DNA of 64,000 nt, taken from Nitrospiraceae bacterium (lineage in GTDB: Bacteria > Nitrospirota > Nitrospiria > Nitrospirales > Nitrospiraceae). Positions 1 through 8,666 of this stretch are shown here, piece after piece. The notes beneath the pieces are model-generated. The model was not told the origin of the DNA, did not search any database, and saw nothing but the letters and a program-made list of their open reading frames with translations. Each line of letters begins with the position of its first letter. The stretch's first letter is position 1. Where the stretch lies: assembly GCA_050246315.1 (NCBI GenBank), contig JBFWWG010000005.1, positions 64,001 through 128,000 of the forward strand, given 5' to 3'. A program made the translations under genes and the position numbers.

Positions 1-278
1 GGCCGCGATGTTGGCGCCAGTAGTTCTTGCTCCATCTCTGCGCGAGCTACCCTCTCCAGGGCCGCTTGAATCGACCACCCATCCCGCCGCGAGTCACTGA
101 TCCTGCGAGAATGATTTTCGTACCTCGGTCACTTATGACCTCATCGCTCAGCCAACGACTCCAACTCTCCACCTGGGAAAATACGGGTATTTCCGCTCGC
201 GAGTAGATTGACAGGCTCCTGACTAGGAAGTAGCCTGTCACCATTCCGCGCCAGAAATCTAAGGCTCCACTTGTCAAA

Positions 279-3167
279 ATGTTGCCCGCGAAGACGCAGC
301 CGAAGTTCCTTCTCTTTCTGAGCCATGCCGGCACAGATACGGACGCGGCCCGGACCCTCAAGAAGCGTATCGAGGCGGCGCCGGCCGCGATCGAGGCTGG
401 TCTCAAGGTGTGGTTCGATAAGGATGATCTGCAACCTGGACAGGAATGGCAAGTGCAGCTTGAAGAGACCATCGAGAAGCGTGCGACCGCCTTCGCGGTC
501 TATGTCGGGTCGCGTGGGCTGGTGAATTGGGTTGAGCAGGAAGTACGGCTGGCCGTATCGCGGGCGACGACGAGCGGTGGTCAATTCCCATTCATCCCGA
601 TCCTTGCGGCGCAAGCAGAGGCGTCTGCTGCGCTGCCTGGCTTTGTTCGACAGTTCCAGGGCGTGCGTGATGTCGAGAACCGTTCGGATGAGTTTCAAAA
701 GCTGCTGGCCGCAGTAGTAGGAAGAGCCGGGGCAGGCAACCTCCAAGTAGAAGCTGAGCCGTTCTTCGGCTTGAACGCCATCGATGAAACGCGCAATCAC
801 CTGTTCTTCGGTCGTGAAAAGGCTACTCAGGAGTTGCTTGCGCGGCTCCGAAAGGGACGCCTCGTGATGGTGACGGGCGATAGCGGGTGCGGCAAGTCCT
901 CATTGGTCCGCGCCGGCTTGGTTCCCCGCTGGCGTGGCGGGGCGTTGGCTGAACAAGAAGGTCGTCGCCCGGATGGAGAGAGTTGGCATGTGGTCGGAAT
1001 GCGCCCCACCGCGAATCCTCGTCGCGCGCTTGGCGATGCGGTATTCAGCGCCGCTTCACAGCTGGGGTGCAGCGCCGAGGATCGTGGGATCTATAAGGCA
1101 TGGGCCATGGGTGATGACCCAGAGAAGCGACGGGATGGTCTGCGGTGCGGCCTCGACGCACGCACCACCCGCACCTTGCTCATCGTGGACCAGTTCGAGG
1201 AGCTCTTCACACTGACCCCCGCGGTGCAACGGGCGTCATTTGTGACGCTGCTGCTCGATCTTGCAGATCCGTTGGATCGTCGCTTCGCGGTGGTGCTGAC
1301 GATGCGGCGGGACTACTACAATCTGTGCTCGGAATTTCCGGGGCTCTACAACACTCTCGAGGCTGATGACCGGGCAGCCCGCTACCTGCTCGATCGGATG
1401 CAACCCGAAGAGTTGCATCGTGCCGTCACCGAGCCGCTGAAGCTTGCCGGCGTCGTGGAGGGGGACCGCGAGGCGCTGGCGAAGAGCGTGCTGCAGGACG
1501 TCGGCGACCGAGCTGGCGATCTTGCACTCGTGGAGTTCGCGTTAACCGAAGCATGGCGGCGACGAGGAGAATACGGGGATGATTTACTGCGTGCCTATAC
1601 CGCGGTGGGGCGTGTGGAAGGCGCGCTCGCGAGGGCCGCTGAGCGGGTGTACCTCGAGGAGCTTGGCGGTGAGGCGCATGACGACGTGATCCAAGCGGCC
1701 TTCATCAGGTTAGTGCGGCTGGGTGATACCGGCGGGGCGACACGGCGTGTGGCTCGGCGCGGTGAGTTCGATGACGGGCGATGGGTCTTGCTCCAGATGT
1801 TGGCCAGTGAGAAGGGCAATCGTCTCGTCTTAATCAGCGGGGGCGAAAACGCGGAGGCCGCCGAAATTGCGCATGAGGCGCTGGTCACGCAGTGGCCACG
1901 GTTTCAACGGTGGCTACAAGACTCGGCGCCCGAAAAGCGCACCTTGGACGCACTGATCGAACGAGCAGCAGGATGGAGCAAGGTGGCTGACGGCAACGAG
2001 AAGAGCGGCTGGCTTGCAGCAGGCGTCGAACGGGAGACGTTCGCGCAGCTCTTGAAGAACCATCGAGGATGGCTTTCTCCCACTGAATGTACGTTTGTCG
2101 ATGCAAGCATTGAAGCGGAAGTCAAGCGCGTTCAGCGGGAACAAGAGATCCAGCGACAAGAACTCCTCCAGGCAAGGCGGCTGGCGGAGGAAGCGGCCAA
2201 GCGGGAAGAAGCGGAACGGGCGCGGGCTGCCGCGGCAGAACAGGCACGCCAGGCGGCAGAGAAGGCGCGGCAAGCGGAGCAAGCCAGAGCGCAAGAAGCG
2301 GAGCGGGCACGTGAAGCAGCGCAGCGAGCTCAGCGACGACAATGGTACCTCAATCTGGCGCTCCTGATCCTCTTTCTCGGGTCCGGGTTGGTTATGTGGC
2401 TGTGGAAGGAGGGAGTGAACGTTCAATATGCCGGATCGATTGCGCTGGCTCGGTTGCATCTTGTGCAGGTCTCTGAACCGGAGATGGTCGAGATTCCAGG
2501 AGGAACGTATCGGCCAGGCGAGGTCCGCAATCCGGCTGAGGGTGAGAAATCGTCGCCAGTCACCGTCAAGAACTTCAAGATCGGCAAGTATGAAGTGACG
2601 TTTCACGAGTATGACCGGTATGTGGCCTTGACTGGTGGTCGACTCCCAAACGATGAAGGCTGGGGTCGTGACAGACGACCTGTGATCAACGTCTCGTGGG
2701 AGGACGCGACGGCCTATGCGAAGTGGCTGTCGGAAGCGACCGGTAAGCGCTATCGCTTGCCGACGGCAGCGGAGTGGGAATATGCCGCTCGGAGCATAGC
2801 CAAGGGCAAGGACGACATCTGGGCGGGGACATCCAAGGAGGCGCAACTGAAAGAGTATGCGGTGTACGAGGCACAACGCACGGAGCCGGTTGGGAGCAAG
2901 GAGGCCAACAGTCTCGGCCTGTATGACATGAGCGGCAATGTCTGGGAGTGGGTTGAGGACTGCTGGCATGAGAATTATCAAGGAGCGCCGACGGATGGCT
3001 CCGCTTGGCTCGAAGCAGGCGGTGCGGATTGCGGCCGGCGCGTGCGCCGGGGCGGGTCCTGGAACAGCGAACCGGGGACCCTGCGTGCATCGTACCGGTA
3101 CGGGGGCGACCCGGTGTACCGGAACTTCGACATCGGCTTCCGTCTGGTCCAGGACATTTCCGAATAA
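279..3167 (+). CDS. DGR target: TIR domain + nSTAND1-like P-loop NTPase + coiled coil + TM helix + FGE-sulfatase (CLec-fold) domain
   Basis: N-terminal TIR motifs FLSHAGTD, VWFDKDDL, WVEQE; PFFGL..FFGRE; Walker A GDSGCGKSS; Walker B LLIVDQFEE; AHEAL; Ala/Glu/Arg-rich coil; hydrophobic WYLNLALLILFLGSGLVMWLW; FGE motifs RLPTAAEWEYAAR, GLYDMSGNVWEW, RGGSW...GFRL. Confidence 0.92.
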   Translation: MLPAKTQPKFLLFLSHAGTDTDAARTLKKRIEAAPAAIEAGLKVWFDKDDLQPGQEWQVQLEETIEKRATAFAVYVGSRGLVNWVEQEVRLAVSRATTSGGQFPFIPILAAQAEASAALPGFVRQFQGVRDVENRSDEFQKLLAAVVGRAGAGNLQVEAEPFFGLNAIDETRNHLFFGREKATQELLARLRKGRLVMVTGDSGCGKSSLVRAGLVPRWRGGALAEQEGRRPDGESWHVVGMRPTANPRRALGDAVFSAASQLGCSAEDRGIYKAWAMGDDPEKRRDGLRCGLDARTTRTLLIVDQFEELFTLTPAVQRASFVTLLLDLADPLDRRFAVVLTMRRDYYNLCSEFPGLYNTLEADDRAARYLLDRMQPEELHRAVTEPLKLAGVVEGDREALAKSVLQDVGDRAGDLALVEFALTEAWRRRGEYGDDLLRAYTAVGRVEGALARAAERVYLEELGGEAHDDVIQAAFIRLVRLGDTGGATRRVARRGEFDDGRWVLLQMLASEKGNRLVLISGGENAEAAEIAHEALVTQWPRFQRWLQDSAPEKRTLDALIERAAGWSKVADGNEKSGWLAAGVERETFAQLLKNHRGWLSPTECTFVDASIEAEVKRVQREQEIQRQELLQARRLAEEAAKREEAERARAAAAEQARQAAEKARQAEQARAQEAERAREAAQRAQRRQWYLNLALLILFLGSGLVMWLWKEGVNVQYAGSIALARLHLVQVSEPEMVEIPGGTYRPGEVRNPAEGEKSSPVTVKNFKIGKYEVTFHEYDRYVALTGGRLPNDEGWGRDRRPVINVSWEDATAYAKWLSEATGKRYRLPTAAEWEYAARSIAKGKDDIWAGTSKEAQLKEYAVYEAQRTEPVGSKEANSLGLYDMSGNVWEWVEDCWHENYQGAPTDGSAWLEAGGADCGRRVRRGGSWNSEPGTLRASYRYGGDPVYRNFDIGFRLVQDISE
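3033..3152 (+). repeat. DGR variable repeat (VR)
   Basis: Gap-free 120-nt alignment to 4719-4838; 18 mismatches at TR adenines, 8 elsewhere; lies at the 3' end of the target CDS. Confidence 0.93.
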
Positions 3168-3202
3168 CCCTTTGTCCTTTGTCCTTTGACCCTTTACCCT
3201 TC
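3168..3202 (+). repeat. Pyrimidine-rich ~7-mer tandem array directly after the target stop codon
   Basis: ccctttg tcctttg tcctttg acccttt acccttc. Confidence 0.8.
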
Positions 3203-3224
3203 CGAAATAGCTCTTCCGAAACAC

Positions 3225-3261
3225 CCGGCCCTCGCCCGATGTCGAATCGGGCGAGGGCCGG
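3225..3261. promoter_or_regulatory. Perfect 16-bp hairpin downstream of VR; putative DGR target-recognition cruciform
   Basis: ccggccctcgcccgat-gtcga-atcgggcgagggccgg; no U-tract follows. Confidence 0.8.
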
Positions 3262-3295
3262 CTCAGAGAATTCTGATAGCTCAGGTTGATGACAC

Positions 3296-3652
3296 ATGAC
3301 GACCAGCCTTCCCCAGGCGGTGCAATCCTGTCACGAGTTACTGCTCTGGCTGATACCCCAGCTCGACAAGTTCCCGCACTCGCGCCGGTTCACTCTGGGC
3401 GAGCGATTGGAAGCCGGACTCCTGACGGTCTTGGAGCTGTTGGTCGAGGCGGCCTATACCCACAATAAAGCGGTTTTCCTGCACCGCGCGAACCTGCGAT
3501 TGGAGGTCGTCCGCCACCTGTGGCGGCTGGCGCATGAACTCAAAGTGATGGCGACCCGGCAGTACGAGCATGGCGCGAAGCTGATCGATGGCCTTGGGCG
3601 GCAGATCGGTGGCTGGCTCCGCAGCCAGCCGCCGCCGGAGCCGCGCTCATGA
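3296..3652 (+). CDS. avd: DGR accessory variability determinant (Avd, four-helix bundle)
   Basis: 118 aa with KFPHSRRFTLGERL and GRQIGGWLRS motifs typical of Avd; stop overlaps the RT start (ATGA). Confidence 0.92.
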   Translation: MTTSLPQAVQSCHELLLWLIPQLDKFPHSRRFTLGERLEAGLLTVLELLVEAAYTHNKAVFLHRANLRLEVVRHLWRLAHELKVMATRQYEHGAKLIDGLGRQIGGWLRSQPPPEPRS

Positions 3653-4731
3653 CCAGACTCGATGACATGTGGCTGCGAGTCGTGAGTTTCGAGAACCTGC
3701 TCGCCGCCTATCGGAAGGCGCGGCGGGGCAAAGGTAGCAATCGGCCCGTTGCCGAGTTCGGCCTGCACCTCGAACGCGAGCTGTTCCTGCTCCAGCGCGA
3801 GCTTGAAGACGGCACCTATCGACCTGGAGCCTATCGCCTGTTCACAATCTACGAGCGCAAGCCGCGCGTCATCGCCGCGGCGCCGTTCCGCGACCGAGTC
3901 GTGCACCATGCGATCATGAACGTGATCGAATCGCCGATCGACCGGACATTCATTGCCGACTCCTACGCCTGCCGGCCGGGCAAGGGGGTCCATGCGGCGG
4001 TGGATCGCTATCAAGCCTGGGCGCAAACGTATCGCTATGTCTTGAAAATGGACGTGCGCCACTACTTCCTCTCCATCGACCACGAGTTGCTCAAGGCGAA
4101 GCTCCGGCGACGGATCACTGACTGCCGCACGCTGGACTTGTTGGATCGCATTATCGAGAGCTCTCCGAGCGGAGAGTCAGGCCCCCGCTACTTTCCCGGT
4201 GACGATCTCTTCACCCCGTTGGAACGGCGTGCGGGCATTCCCGTCGGCAACCTGACGAGTCAGTTCTTCGCCAATCTCTATCTCGACGATCTGGATCACC
4301 ACATGAAGCAGGTCCTGCGGGTCCGGCCGTACCTCCGCTACGTGGACGATATGGTAGTGCTGGACCATGACAAAGCCAGGCTGGCCGACGTTCGCGAGGC
4401 TATCCGTGAGCGGCTTGCGGCCGACCGACTCAGGCTTCATCCTGACAAGGCGCATGTGACGCGAACGGCCGACGGACTGAACCTTCTCGGCTATGTGGTC
4501 TATCCGGGTCGGCGGCGATTGCGAAACGATAACGGTCACCGCTTTGCTCGCAAGCTCCGAGCGATGGCGCAGGCCTATCGATCGGGGCGTCTGGAATGGG
4601 CTAAGGTTGTGGCCTCGACGCAAAGTTGGGTCGGCCACGCTCAGCATGCGGATACGGAGGGGCTGCGCCGAGCCATCTTCTCCCAGGCTGTGTTTGCAAG
4701 GGGAACAGGCCACAAGACGGCCAGCGTGTGA
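3649..4731 (+). CDS. DGR reverse transcriptase
   Basis: [26 protein letters not shown]-type [17 protein letters not shown], catalytic LRYVDD; 360 aa, no maturase or endonuclease domain. Confidence 0.95.
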   Translation: MTRLDDMWLRVVSFENLLAAYRKARRGKGSNRPVAEFGLHLERELFLLQRELEDGTYRPGAYRLFTIYERKPRVIAAAPFRDRVVHHAIMNVIESPIDRTFIADSYACRPGKGVHAAVDRYQAWAQTYRYVLKMDVRHYFLSIDHELLKAKLRRRITDCRTLDLLDRIIESSPSGESGPRYFPGDDLFTPLERRAGIPVGNLTSQFFANLYLDDLDHHMKQVLRVRPYLRYVDDMVVLDHDKARLADVREAIRERLAADRLRLHPDKAHVTRTADGLNLLGYVVYPGRRRLRNDNGHRFARKLRAMAQAYRSGRLEWAKVVASTQSWVGHAQHADTEGLRRAIFSQAVFARGTGHKTASV

Positions 4732-4838
4732 TCCGGGGCGGGGCCTGGAACAACAAACCGGAGAACCTGCGTGCTTCAAACCGGAACAGGAACAACCCGG
4801 ATAACCGGAACAACAACATTGGTTTCCGTCTCGTCCAG
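4719..4838 (+). ncRNA. DGR template repeat (TR)
   Basis: AAC-rich copy of VR (11 AAC codons, 33 adenines in 120 nt); overlaps the last 13 nt of RT. Confidence 0.92.
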
Positions 4839-5011
4839 TCCGCCCGCACGGTACGCGACAGCGTGCCGGCCCGGAGCCGGACGGTCCACGGACCGGCCGG
4901 GTGAGGCAGCGGGTGTCCATGAGCCCGTTTCCCGGCCTCCCGCTGACGCGGTAACGCCAAAGAGAGGGCCTGGGGTGAGGCGATCGTGGCCGGTCGGCTA
5001 GGCCGCCGGCC
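4839..5011 (+). ncRNA. Structured spacer 3' of TR; putative part of the DGR RNA
   Basis: Stem-loops at 4877-4900 (cggtc-cacg-gaccg inside ccgg/ccgg) and 4988-5011 (ggccgg-t-cggc-tag-gccg-ccggcc). Confidence 0.5.
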
Positions 5012-5384
5012 CCGCCGCTGCGCTGCTGGGAGTGCTGACTGCTGTGATGAACCAACCGTGATGAATCATGGGGGTAGCCTTCGTCATTCGTCAAGGGTCG
5101 CACGTGGAAGAGCGTTGAGGTCTCTCCGCATCGGTACGTGTTTCGATTGACGATTGGCGCATGTCGCAGGCCGGGCTCCGCTCCCAATATTTTGGGAGGG
5201 TCCCAATAATTTAGGAATCCCTTCGTCTCCTCCGCTCTGTATCTCGCCCCGACCTCCAAGCCGAAGTCCTTCAATCCGCGCGTACTTAGACAGTTCCAGA
5301 TCGATTCACCGACCTGTGGCATTGCGGTTGCTGTATCCCCCTGCGTCACGAGGATCGGCGAAGCATCTGGCGGTTGACAGGGCG

Positions 5385-5666
5385 ATGTTCAGAATCACAA
5401 GCAAGACGACAGACCGGAGGGCGCTGGTGGTCCTCGAAGGAAGGCTGGTTGGCGAATGGGTTCAGGTGCTCAACGAGGAGTGCACGGCGCTGATGAAGAC
5501 GGGACGGGCGCTCTCCCTGAATCTCTCGGACTTAGCGTTTGCGGATCAAGACGGAATCGAACTCTTGAGACAACTCGACCGACTCAACGTGCCATTCATT
5601 CAGTGCCCGGCATTCATCGCGGCACTCTGTAAAACGAAGGGGGACGGCCATGCTCACGCTCATTAA
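5385..5666 (+). CDS. STAS-domain / anti-sigma-antagonist-like protein
   Basis: VVLEGRLVGEW...LNLSDLAFADQDG; ATG at 5385 in frame with ORF 5154-5666. Confidence 0.7.
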   Translation: MFRITSKTTDRRALVVLEGRLVGEWVQVLNEECTALMKTGRALSLNLSDLAFADQDGIELLRQLDRLNVPFIQCPAFIAALCKTKGDGHAHAH

Positions 5667-6462
5667 GGAAACGGCGGCTCAAGGTTTTGGATACGCGGTG
5701 GAGAGGAAGGCAAGTACGCCGGAACGTTCTCCGAAAAGCCGGACGAATTATCCGGACGACTCCGGCCCCGCTTCCTCGCACGGCTTGCCGGAAGAGTGGG
5801 AACTGGTCTCGGCCTTGGCCGCCGGTGAAGAGGCCGCTTTCGCAAAGCTCGTCCATCAATACCAGAAGCCCTTGTTTCGCCAGGCCTTGGCCTATGTGTC
5901 GAGCGAAGCGGTAGCCGAAGAGGTCGTCCAGGAGACCTGGCTCGCGGTCATGGACAGCATCAAGCGATTTGAAGGCCGGTCCTCGTTCAAGACCTGGCTC
6001 TATCAGATTTTGATCCACAAGGCCAAATCGGCGGGCGTCAAGGAATCTCGCCAGATCCCGTTCTCCGCGATGGCCGATCAGGATGAGGAGTCGGACGGAA
6101 TGCCCTCCGAAGCACGGGGAAGCGAGGCCGTCGCTCGCGAGGCCGGCGGTTCCTGGACGATGGGCGTGGCGGACGAGGACACACCAGAGGATCAAATGTT
6201 GGCCGAGGAGTGCCGCCGTGAGATCACGCGGGCCATGAGGGCCTTGCCGACTGTCCAGCGACGGGTGATGGAACTCTATCATTTTGAGGAATTGACGTCC
6301 GAAGAAGTCTGCCGGCGACTGAAGATCAGCGAAAGCAATAAGCACGTGTTGCTGCATCGAGGCAAGAATCAGGTCAAGAAAGCCGTGGACGGGTACTTTG
6401 CGGGAGACCGATGTCGTCACAATACCGTCCGGCAAGTTTACAGGCTGGGGTTGGCGGCCTAG
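5650..6462 (+). CDS. ECF sigma-70 factor
   Basis: AEEVVQETWL, FEGRSSFKTWLYQI, region-4 HTH (LPTVQRRV...VLLHRGK). Confidence 0.88.
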   Translation: MLTLIKETAAQGFGYAVERKASTPERSPKSRTNYPDDSGPASSHGLPEEWELVSALAAGEEAAFAKLVHQYQKPLFRQALAYVSSEAVAEEVVQETWLAVMDSIKRFEGRSSFKTWLYQILIHKAKSAGVKESRQIPFSAMADQDEESDGMPSEARGSEAVAREAGGSWTMGVADEDTPEDQMLAEECRREITRAMRALPTVQRRVMELYHFEELTSEEVCRRLKISESNKHVLLHRGKNQVKKAVDGYFAGDRCRHNTVRQVYRLGLAA

Positions 6463-6544
6463 CCCGTCCATGTGATTGGTGGGGTAAGGAATCAGGGGGA
6501 TTGAAGACCATTCAGAAAAGACGATGCAGGCAGGAGGTTCGATC

Positions 6545-7648
6545 ATGAAAGCCGTCGCTGTGATCCCAGGACAACCGAACTCCCTCCATCTGGCTGATTT
6601 GCCGAAACCGTCGGTCCACGACATCCCGCACGGGCGCGGGGTGTTGGTGCAGGTCCTACGGGTCGGCGTGGATGGAACGGACAAGGAGATCAACGCCGCG
6701 GAATACGGGCAGGCGCCTCCGGGCGATGAATTCTTGGTGATCGGGCACGAATGTTTTGGCCGGGTCGTGGAGGTCGGGATGAACGTATCGGAATTGACGC
6801 CGGGAGATTACGTCGTTCCGACCGTGCGGCGTCCCGGATTGAGCCTCTACGATCAGATCGGCCAGTACGATATGACGACCGATAATATCTATTACGAGAG
6901 GGGCATCAATCTTCGCCATGGCTACTTGACGGAATACTTCGCGGAGGATCCGGAGTATCTCGTCAAGGTTCCCAAGGGACTCAAGGACGTAGCCGTGCTC
7001 TTGGAGCCGACGTCGATCGTCGAGAAGGGCATCCTTCAGGCCTACGAGACGCAACGCCGGTTGAAAATTTGGCGGCCAAAGCGTGCCGCGGTGCTTGGAG
7101 CCGGCACGGTGGGACTCTTGGCGGCCCTGTCGCTAAGGATGAAGGGACTTCAAGTGACCGCGTTTGGCCGGTCGAAGGCGCCGAATCGCAACACGGAATT
7201 ACTGGAGGAGATTGGCGTGCGGTATGTCTCCACCCAAGATCAATCGATCAGAGCGGCTGCGGAACAGTATGGTCCGTTCGATCTCATGTTCGAGGCGACC
7301 GGAGCGGCGCCGATCGTCTTCGAGGCCATGGAATGTCTCGGCAAAAACGGCGTATTGATTCTGGCAAGTGTCACGGGCGGATCGAAGAAGATCGAGATTC
7401 CGGCCGACATGATCAACCTGGGCTTCGTACTGGGAAACAAGGTGGCGATCGGGACTGTGAACGCCAATCGGGAGTACTTCGAAGCCGGCGTCTATGATTT
7501 CTCACGGGCCGAGCTCGAATATCCAGGGTGGCTTTCCAAGCTGCTGACCCATCCGGTAGAGGGGTTGGACCAGTACCGCCGGATGATGAAGCTGCTCACC
7601 GAGGAGAAAGGCGCGATCAAGGTGTATGTGAACGTGGCCGGCCAGTGA
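6545..7648 (+). CDS. Zn-dependent glucose 1-dehydrogenase (MDR family)
   Basis: GVDGTD, GHE, PTVRRP, GAGTVG, VLGNKVAIGTVNAN. Confidence 0.85.
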   Translation: MKAVAVIPGQPNSLHLADLPKPSVHDIPHGRGVLVQVLRVGVDGTDKEINAAEYGQAPPGDEFLVIGHECFGRVVEVGMNVSELTPGDYVVPTVRRPGLSLYDQIGQYDMTTDNIYYERGINLRHGYLTEYFAEDPEYLVKVPKGLKDVAVLLEPTSIVEKGILQAYETQRRLKIWRPKRAAVLGAGTVGLLAALSLRMKGLQVTAFGRSKAPNRNTELLEEIGVRYVSTQDQSIRAAAEQYGPFDLMFEATGAAPIVFEAMECLGKNGVLILASVTGGSKKIEIPADMINLGFVLGNKVAIGTVNANREYFEAGVYDFSRAELEYPGWLSKLLTHPVEGLDQYRRMMKLLTEEKGAIKVYVNVAGQ

Positions 7649-7895
7649 AGGAAGCAATTCATTGGTCATCAGTCATCGGTCAATCTCGTGAGGGCAAAGT
7701 ACTCCGGCCGGGTTCCTCCATAAGTACCGCCTGATGTCCAAGGGATGGTACGGACGGAGAATGTCCTTCAGCATAGAGCTTCTTCGGGGGAGATCCATCG
7801 CACCCGGAGGACCCGCAATGGGTGCCCCAATACAACGAGCGGGCTTTTACAGCATCGTGCCAGTTTGGCGATTGACACTTCACGGAGGAGCCACC

Positions 7896-8642
7896 ATGAT
7901 ACGGGAAGACACCATGACCAATGTGCCGGCGCAGCCGACGACCTCCACGTCCTCCGCTCAACCCTCCAGTTCGGGAAGGATGATCCTGTTGCTGCTGATT
8001 GCGGCGGGCATCGGCGCCTTTTTCTACTTTGATTTGGGACGGTTCCTGTCGTTGGACGCACTCAAAGCCAATCGTGATCACCTGCTGGCGTTTACAGAGG
8101 CCAACGCCGGAATTGCGGCGGCCTTGTTTGTGGTGATCTATGTGGTCGTGACGGGCCTGTCGCTTCCGGGCGCGGTGATTTTGACCCTGGCCGGTGGGTT
8201 CCTCTTCGGAAGCCTCTTCGGGACCATGCTGGTGAACATCGGCGCCACCACCGGCGCCACTCTGGCCTTCCTGACGGCTCGGTACCTGTTGCGGGATTGG
8301 GTCGAACAGAAGTTCGGGAGCAAGCTCGGTTCCATCCAAGAGGGGTTCGCGAACAACGCGTTCAGCTACCTGATGACGTTACGCTTGATCCCGCTCTTTC
8401 CGTTTTTTCTCGTGAATATGGTCTCGGGCCTGACTAGGGTCAGCGTCGGCACCTACGTGGCGGCCACAGCCATGGGGATCATTCCCGGAAGCTTCGTCTA
8501 TGCCTATGCCGGCCGGCAGTTGGGCACGATCAACTCGCTCAAAGAGATCGCCTCGCCGAACGTGCTGCTCGCCTTCACCTTGCTGGGAATCCTGGCGATG
8601 GTGCCGGTCCTGTACAAGAAGTTTACGGCCAAGCGGGCGTAA
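7896..8642 (+). CDS. TVP38/TMEM64 (VTT/DedA-like) membrane protein
   Basis: LSLPGAVILTLAGGFLFG, LRLIPLFPFFLVN; RBS ggagg before 7896. Confidence 0.88.
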   Translation: MIREDTMTNVPAQPTTSTSSAQPSSSGRMILLLLIAAGIGAFFYFDLGRFLSLDALKANRDHLLAFTEANAGIAAALFVVIYVVVTGLSLPGAVILTLAGGFLFGSLFGTMLVNIGATTGATLAFLTARYLLRDWVEQKFGSKLGSIQEGFANNAFSYLMTLRLIPLFPFFLVNMVSGLTRVSVGTYVAATAMGIIPGSFVYAYAGRQLGTINSLKEIASPNVLLAFTLLGILAMVPVLYKKFTAKRA

Positions 8643-8666
8643 GCCGACCGGATCGACAACGGCCTG

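Noticed and set aside
3225..3261. Rho-independent terminator
   Set aside because: No U-tract; position between VR and avd fits a DGR hairpin better.
3649..4731. Group II intron or retron RT
   Set aside because: No maturase or endonuclease domain; the SQ motif, avd and TR/VR pair indicate a DGR.
4626..4904. 92-aa ORF containing [18 protein letters not shown]
   Set aside because: It is the TR read in the VR frame and overlaps RT; probably not a protein gene.
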